DNA of 64,000 nucleotides, from the NCBI GenBank assembly GCA_048013815.1, contig CM106585.1:3162001-3226000 (forward strand), in the 5' to 3' direction. Below, piece by piece: positions 57,775 through 64,000 of this stretch. Under the pieces are notes generated by a model. The model was not told the origin of the DNA and ran no database searches. It saw only the letters and a program-made list of their open reading frames with translations. This DNA is from Setoptus koraiensis (taxonomy: Eukaryota > Animalia > Arthropoda). The translations under genes were made by a program, and so were the position numbers. How positions within the stretch are numbered: the stretch's first letter is position 1; every line of letters starts with the position of its first letter.

Positions 57775-58883
57775 AATACTGATCAAATCAGTATTTCGAG
57801 CGCTTAATTTTTTGTGTGGACAAGTATTGTTGAAGGATTCAAAGGAGTTTATGACAACCTGTTAACCACCGAACTTCAAAATGTGACCATCGAACATTGA
57901 CCATCGAACATCGAACGAGCAGATGGAAATGTCATCAGAAATTCGAATTTTCAATTTCGAATTTCTAAGTTCGAAATGTGACCATCGAAGTTCGAATTAT
58001 CACCAGCGAACTTCAAATTGTGACCATTGAACTATGTACAAGCACCTGGAACTCGTATCGGAAATTCGAATTTTCAATTTCGAAGTTCGAAATGTGACCA
58101 TCGAACATTGACCACCGAACTCGGACCACCGAACTTCGACAGAGCCGATGAAACTTTAATCAGAAATTCGAATTTTCAATTTCGAATTTCGAATTGTTAC
58201 CACCGAACTTCGAAATGTGACCATCGAACTCTGACCCCCGAACACTGAACATCGAACTCCGACCATCGAACTCCGGCAGAGAAGCTGAGACTATCATCAG
58301 AGAATCGAATTTTCAATTTCGAATTGTTACCACCGAACTTCCAATTGTAACCATCGAACTTCGGACACTGAACTACGAACATTGACGGAGCAGCTGAAAC
58401 TATCATCAGAAAATCGAATTTTCAATTTCGAATTGTTACCACCGAACTTCGAATTGTGACCATCGAACTCTGACCATCGAACACTGACCACCGAACTCCG
58501 ACAGAGCAGATGAAACTATCATCAGAAATTCGAATTTTCAATTTAGAATTTCGAAGTTCGAAATGTGACCATCGAACTCTGACCACCGAACGAGCAGCTG
58601 TAACTCCTATCAGAAATCTGAATTTTCAATTTTGAAGTTCGATTTGTCACCACCGAACTCCGCACAAATGTGACCTAGTCAAATCTCCATAGGATTGCAT
58701 ACGAAATATTTTCGAGTAAAGCGATAATAGACCAAGTCAAATCTACATCGGAATACATGTGTAATATCTAGCAGGATTCTCACAAATTTGACTAAGTCAA
58801 ACCTCCATAGGATTACATAGTCACGTGAATAAACCTAGTCATCATCACCACCCCAATAGCAGCTTAATTAAAATTAAGCGCTA
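57775..58883 (-). mobile_element. Complete HINE (~1.1 kb) inserted in an A-run without TSD
   Basis: Hairpin AATACTGAT-caa-ATCAGTATT plus subTIR at left, satellite, then conserved block and AAAATTAAGCGCT at right. The flanks rejoin as collinear G3-like coding sequence. Confidence 0.85.
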
Positions 58884-59473
58884 AAAAGTGGCGACACCAC
58901 GACGATCAACAAGGGTTAGGTATGCACCAAAGGCATTAGTGTATGAAAGACTAGGACGGAATGTGTTACAGCTAATGATGGTTGTGTGCCTGATAACTAA
59001 GAACAATGCAGAAGGACCATTTACGTTGACTAATTTCATAACTTTCAGGTCAACCGGAGAGAATGTCATCACCGGCTACCAGCGAGCTGTGGTCATCTTA
59101 AATTACGAAGGCCCATGTGGTTCTCTGGAATCGCACATGATGGGTTCTAAAGAGTCCATCAATCGGAGCATCAATTTCTGCTGTAAAATAATCGAAAGCG
59201 ATCTCAAAACGCCATTAAGAGGCTTCTGTAAGGCAGTAGGGGGGAGAGTAAAAGACCAGTTGCGCATTCTACGAGACAGTGAAGACAAGAAGTTGGATTA
59301 CAGACTTCATAAGCGAAAGACCTGTTGCATTTAGGGTCTCCAGAATCAAACTGGTCTGACATACATGAATATATAGTATTTTCGCGATCGGAAGAGCCTC
59401 CTGATCACGATTATACCAATTGGGGTATTGTATCTAATAGCGCCACACTCCTATATCAATAAAACTTCATACT

Positions 59474-60218
59474 TAGGGCCCGCAGGGCCCCCTGACAACA
59501 GTTTGACTAGTCCGGAAGTGCGGAAACTTCCGGTTCCGGTTTTACATTAAAATTGAGATACGGACTTGAAACACTCTGTACATCTAGATGGAAGCATGCA
59601 AAGTACAATACAGCAAATTTCAAGTCTGAACAACTTCCGGTTGACGTGATATTTGGTGGAAACCGCTGCATGGGCGGTGACGGGACGAAATTTCGACCAA
59701 ATACGTGCGCTAGCAAGCCAGTACAGTTCAACACAAAAGCCTGCGCCACTTCCAGTTCTCGAGATTCTCACAGTTAGATGTTCAGCTTCACGATGTACAG
59801 TCCGTTCTTCTGTCGTGTATGGATTGCAGTCATGTGAGCGGAGGGTAGAGGGCGCAGCCCGATACCCGAAGCGCTCATCAACCCTACCCGAAGGGTTCCC
59901 GTCGCACGCAGTCGTCGCGGGAGCGACGACGGAGATGTGACGGCCTCCAAATTACGAGGCCGCAGGCCGAGTTCTCAGACCCATTGCATACTCATTCTTG
60001 AGCAAGGCGTAGCTCCAAATTTGCCACTTCCGCTCTTCTTACGCCAAATATATCTCTAAATCTGAAGAACCGGAAGTCGCACAGTCGAACTTCATGTGAG
60101 ACCGGAACCAGAAGTTTCCGCACATCCGGACTCACTTTTCCGGTTCATTGGGGTCAAGATGTACCCGTACCAGAAGCTTCATCAGAATCGGGGCGGAGCA
60201 CTAATCGCTACAACAACC
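59474..60218. mobile_element. Merlin MITE, inverted, one end truncated
   Basis: TIR CTAATCGCTACAACAACC ends at 60218; GC-rich core in reverse at ~59815-59980. Confidence 0.75.
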
Positions 60219-60500
60219 GATTGATGAACTGTCAAATCTGACACCTGCGCAAACGATGAAAGGCCGTCATCTGGAATATCACTGACAAGGTAAACCTCTT
60301 TTCCGGGTACACTCAAATGAAACAAACTCTGGCCGAAATCGACTCTCCAGATTAAACTGGACAAGAAAAGGTCTATTAGAAATCCACGTTTTTTGAAATT
60401 TTTGCAATAATGACAACAATTTTTTTTTATCTTTTAGAATTACTAGGCTATTGGAGCTGAATTATATAACATAGAAATTATACTGATAATATGAATTTTT

Positions 60501-61192
60501 GGTTGTTGTAGCGATTAGGTCCCAGCGTCGATCATGATGAAACTTCCGGTACAGGTTCATCTTGACCCAAAACCATCGGAAAAAGTGGTCCGGAAGTGCG
60601 GAAACTTCCGGTTCCGGTTTTACCCAAAGTTGCTTGTAGCGAGTTGAAACTCACGAGAATGACGTTCTTGATGACGATTAACAGAAAGACATAACTTTCA
60701 GCACTGCATCACTTCCGGTTCTCTAGTTATAGCGATATCTCTAGAATTGAGAGACCAGAAGTTGCCGAATTCAGGCTTCGCTACACCCAGGGATGAGCCT
60801 GCAATTGTTCTTAGAACTCGGCCCGCGGCCTCGTATTCTCGTATTCACATCTCCGTCGTCGCTCCCGCGACGACTGCGTGCGACGGGAACCCTTCGGGTA
60901 CGGTTGATGAGCGCTTCGGGTATCGGGCTGCGCCCTCTACCCTCCGCTCACATGACTGCAATCTAAACACAGCTGCAGGCGGGAAGAGTGAACGAATCAC
61001 CCAACAAAGAAAGAAGAGATTAAATGACTGAAACAGACGTGAATACAGAGTGCAGCGAGCACGAGGCACTGAATGGGTCCGCTGACCGCAACCGCACAGG
61101 CCCGGCCACACCCCAGAATTTGGTTTAACCTCTGTATCTTATGAACCGGAAGTTAAGGCGGATTAATTTTGATCTCATCATGCTCCGCTAGG
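60501..61192. mobile_element. Merlin MITE, right end truncated
   Basis: Starts GGTTGTTGTAGCGATTAGGTCCCAGCG and is collinear with 37025-37715. Confidence 0.8.
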
Positions 61193-61296
61193 TAGTGAAG
61201 TGAGTTTAGCTGTATCCGCGCGCTAGTCGTCTGACTAGTCGTACTAGAGTAGAGAGAGCCGCGCGGATACATAGGCGGCTGGTTGTTCCGCTCTTT

Positions 61297-63451
61297 GGTT
61301 GTTGTAGCGATTAGCGACCCGCCCCGATTTTGATGAAACTTCCGGTACGGGTTCATCTTGACCCAAAACCATCGGGAAAAGTGGTCCGGAAGTGCGGAAA
61401 CTTCCGGTTCCGGTTTTACAAAAAGTTGAATCTAGAGCTCTGAAATTCACCACAGAGACGTTTCAAGCTACGCTGAACACGATAACATAATTTTCAGCTC
61501 TGTGCAACTTCCGGTTTTCGAGATATAGAGATATTACTAGGGGTAGAAGACCGGAAGTGACCAAATTATTGCTTCGCTGCGCTCGGGGATGCACATGCGG
61601 TGTGTCTGAGAACTCGGCCTGCGGCCTCGTATTCTGGAGGCCGTCACATCTCCGTCGTCGCTCCCGCGACGACTGCGTGCGACGGGAACCCTTCGGGTAG
61701 GGCTGATGAGCGCTTCGGGTATCGGGCTGCGCCCTCTACCCTCCGCTCACATGACTGCAATCCATAGACGGAAGTAATAGGATGGTTGAAAATAAGAGAA
61801 AGAAGAGAAAAATTGAGACATAATTTCATTTAAATTTATTCTGTTATCTTTATTAATTTGAGTAGTTGTACAAAAGGATCTTGGCCAGACTGATGACATC
61901 CACGGCGCCATATGTATTCAGCCAGGTGAGTAGACACCCTGGCGTGGCGTCTACCTCCTGGTCCGAAATCCCGCCGGAGAGCCCTCCATTGGGACTCGAT
62001 ACGCTGGGTGTGAGTCCCATCATCGGCTACGAACTCTTCCGAGTGGTTGACCACTCGGTGTTCGTAGCCTAGGGCTTCTAGGCCACTGTAGGCCGCCCAG
62101 CCATCCGTGTGGATGACGCTGCCCGAGCGGACGTGTCGCTGGATGATCGGCTCCAGGTCCGCTCTCGAGCGGCCTGGGCAGATCTCCATCGCGACCGCCC
62201 CGTCCTCGTCGATCATACCGAGCACCCAGGTGCGGCCCGGTATGACTCGGCCGCGGTTATATTTCCGCCGGCCGATCAGCGCCTCGTCCACCTGGACGAT
62301 TTTCCCCCGGCCACCGATCATAGATCGGGGCCATGGCTTGGGGGCCACGTCCACCACGAACTCGCGGAACATCGTAAACCATCTTGCGATGGTCGTCTTG
62401 GCGACGATGTCTTCCGCCTCAAAGAGGCAGTTCCGCTGGGTAGCCTCGTAGCTGTCCCCATTGGCAAAACAAAGTGCTAACATGAGCACTTTGCCAAGGG
62501 GTAGCCTTGTGTCCTCGAAGGCGGTGCCCCCTAGAGCTGACAGTCTGTCGTCACATCGGCGACAGCGCCAGAAGAGCTTGCCTTCGATGACTTCGAGGCT
62601 CCGTGGCTTTCTGTGGATCCGGCATTGCTTGCGGGTCCCGAGGATCCCGGCGTCCATACACCATTGGGCACATGCTAGGGTATCCCCCAAATGTGCCTCA
62701 CGGTACAGACGAACCGGACCCCAGTGACCCCTCAGCATTGGTGCCGGTATCGAGTCCTGGCTCTCCACCTCGGTATATTCGTCGGTCTGCGAATCTTTAT
62801 CCATTGTAGTGCCTGTAGATATTGGGTGAAAAGAGAAGAAATGGTTAGTGAAGAAAATGGTCCAATGTGTGCATCCCTATATATGAACAGAGCGTACCAA
62901 TTGATTACAGTTCGTACAGGGCGTTCTTTAATTGTTCATTTGTCTCCTGACATATCTAATTGAGGCAAATCATCATGAATCGTTCCACCAAGTCATTAGT
63001 TAAGAAAATTTTCATAGAATTTCAGCATTGGAGGTTCTATGTGGCGTTAATGCCTCAGATCCCCCCGAAGTATCCTGCTGAGCATACCCCTGGCACAGAA
63101 TCAATTCTGCGCATGATCAGAATTAAGTCCGCACACGCTCAGAATTGAGTCTGCACATGCTCAGATTGAGTTCTGTGCAAGCGCACGGAGCAGAAACGCT
63201 CCTATCTCCAGAATACCCTCGATATCTCCCGAACCGGAAGTCGCAGAAACTGAAGAATGAGTTTAGCATGATCAGCATGCTCTAATCAATCAGTCAACCG
63301 AGTTTCATTGCCGTAGCTCTCTTTTTTTGTAAAACCGGAACCGGAAGTTTCCGCACTTCCGGACCACTCAAACTGTTGTCAGGGGGCCCTACGGGCCCCA
63401 TGTGTGAAGTTTCATCGAAATCTGACTGGGTCGCTAATCGCTACAACACCC
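61297..63451 (-). mobile_element. Full-length Merlin DNA transposon (IS1595/IS1016-related), ~2.15 kb
   Basis: 24-bp TIR GG(T/G)TGTTGTAGCGATTAGCGACCC; flanking duplication CGCTCTT(T/A) (CCGCTCTT at 61288-61295 and 63451-63458); intact transposase. Confidence 0.93.
61836..62804 (-). CDS. Merlin/ISXO2-like DDE transposase, 322 aa
   Basis: N-terminal CxxH...CxxC; GG.GKIVQVDE..IGRRKYNRGR, WVLG, IHTDGWAAY, VNHSEEFV...GTHTQRIESQW and HLAEYIWRR are IS1595/Merlin motifs. Confidence 0.93.
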   Translation of the reverse strand: MDKDSQTDEYTEVESQDSIPAPMLRGHWGPVRLYREAHLGDTLACAQWCMDAGILGTRKQCRIHRKPRSLEVIEGKLFWRCRRCDDRLSALGGTAFEDTRLPLGKVLMLALCFANGDSYEATQRNCLFEAEDIVAKTTIARWFTMFREFVVDVAPKPWPRSMIGGRGKIVQVDEALIGRRKYNRGRVIPGRTWVLGMIDEDGAVAMEICPGRSRADLEPIIQRHVRSGSVIHTDGWAAYSGLEALGYEHRVVNHSEEFVADDGTHTQRIESQWRALRRDFGPGGRRHARVSTHLAEYIWRRGCHQSGQDPFVQLLKLIKITE

Positions 63452-63574
63452 CGCTCTTACTGTAGAGTCATTCTAGATTGTAGCTCAACGAGTACACATA
63501 CATTTGCAATAAACTATCTTAAATCATAACAATACAATCTAGAATCTGTTTAAAAGTATCAAATACATCGAATT

Positions 63575-64000
63575 ATGGCAAAAAAGAGGGTCAACCAGAC
63601 TGCACAAGAGAACTCTTCTGCCAATGAGGCTCTGATTGAGACTATTGAGCAGAAGTTCGAGTCTATGTCGTCTGTTCTGGCTAGTCTGGTTACACGTTTG
63701 GAGGATATCGAGAAGTCGAGAGAGTACGAGGTTCCAAGACCAACACCTACCAAAGCGATGGATCTTGATAAGAAGAGAAGTCTTAAGATCAAGAGATTCA
63801 CTGGCGACGATCAGTCAGCTACTGGAGCCCAGTGGCTACTTCACTATGAGAGACTCGCGGATGACTATGGCTGGTCCGATCAATGGAAGTCAGATAACCT
63901 GCTCTCTCATTTGGATGGTGTCGCCCATCGCTGGCTATGTTCTTGCGCACCAGATAGAAAGCCATGGTCTGAGATGAAACAACTCTTTGAGAAGAGATTC
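63575..64000 (+). CDS. gag: Retrotransposon gag N-terminus, open at the window edge (absent from the ORF track)
   Basis: MAKKRVNQ...KIKRFTGDDQSATGAQWLLHYERLADDYGWSDQWKSDNLLSHLDGVAHRW...WSEMKQLFEKRF fits the F.G...WL..YE......W......L...L.G.A..W capsid pattern also seen in G2 and G3. Confidence 0.8.
   Translation, partial: MAKKRVNQTAQENSSANEALIETIEQKFESMSSVLASLVTRLEDIEKSREYEVPRPTPTKAMDLDKKRSLKIKRFTGDDQSATGAQWLLHYERLADDYGWSDQWKSDNLLSHLDGVAHRWLCSCAPDRKPWSEMKQLFEKRF

Larger units (their letters stand above)
55291..59470 (+). pseudogene. pol: Decayed paralog of G3 (integrase to env N-terminus) with two nested insertions
   Basis: HDDPFGGHLG, IGIDMMGP, ATTWDVAKFFVEDIV and ATPRRSTRVRY...EGPFTLTNFIT align with G3; multiple stops and frameshifts. 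Confidence 0.9.

Noticed and set aside
9060-58884. CRISPR-like or integron-like array (conserved repeat followed by variable mobile-element 'spacers')
   Set aside because: The repeats are ~250-bp element termini kilobases apart with paired subTIR and hairpin ends. One copy is a clean insertion with collinear flanks. No cas or tyrosine-recombinase gene is present. A Helentron-type element explains them.
59825-59900. HDV-like ribozyme on the opposite strand of the Merlin core (7-bp helix starting with a G-U pair)
   Set aside because: No pairable P3, no P1.1 GG and no P4, so the nested double pseudoknot cannot be built.
60219-60500. Possible host exon between two MITEs (also 1355-1597 and 20936-21294)
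   Set aside because: Short unique stretches with no convincing ORF, motif or paired splice sites; left unannotated.
61685-61740. Hammerhead ribozyme (CTGATGAG plus nearby GAA(A/G)CCC-TTC-GGGTA)
   Set aside because: CTGATGAG occurs in only one copy (the others have TTGATGAG), no GAAA follows a stem II, and only 3 nt separate the would-be cleavage site from the core, so stem I cannot form.
61836-62804. Bacterial IS1595 contamination or recent horizontal transfer
   Set aside because: The element is nested in eukaryotic retroelement sequence with many local MITE derivatives, and the motifs fit the eukaryotic Merlin branch. Origin cannot be judged without a phylogeny.
1826-63362. Clusters of ACCGGAAGT as ETS-factor enhancers
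   Set aside because: All occurrences lie inside Merlin subterminal regions and are more simply transposon-internal repeats; there is no host gene nearby to regulate.
1-64000. Unistrand (flamenco-like) piRNA cluster
   Set aside because: Large elements lie on both strands (G1 and G2 +, Copia and G3 -), so there is no window-wide antisense bias. A dual-strand cluster cannot be assessed without small-RNA data.

Overview
Eukaryotic, repeat-saturated DNA, most likely from an invertebrate animal (inferred from the transposon complement only). I found no host gene, rRNA, tRNA or CRISPR array. The window is a nested transposon mosaic with two 500-N gaps. It holds three large Ty3/Gypsy elements: G1 (13.6-20.4 kb, +), G2 (21.5-27.9 kb, +, identical LTRs) and G3 (46.3-54.4 kb, -). 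It also holds several decayed Gypsy fragments and one Ty1/Copia element (-) whose RT is split between 38.7-42.2 kb and 27.9-30.3 kb. A full-length Merlin (IS1595/IS1016-like) DNA transposon at 61.3-63.5 kb has non-autonomous derivatives with 8-bp TSDs. A Helentron/DINE-1-like non-autonomous family, with AGCGCTTAATTTT subterminal repeats, carries a TTCGAA-rich satellite that has expanded into a 900-bp higher-order array. Three observations stand out. (1) The Copia element carries an env-like fusion glycoprotein fused in frame after RNase H, and it is alignable by eye with the env-like regions of the neighbouring Gypsy elements. (2) An apparently uncharacterised ~150-160 aa accessory protein family (chromo-like N-terminus plus a 'PNTG...YGP' domain) lies between env and the 3' LTR, in three copies. 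(3) Helentron ends repeatedly abut unrelated retroelement fragments, giving a cassette-like architecture. All homology calls are by-eye motif recognition; no database searches were run.
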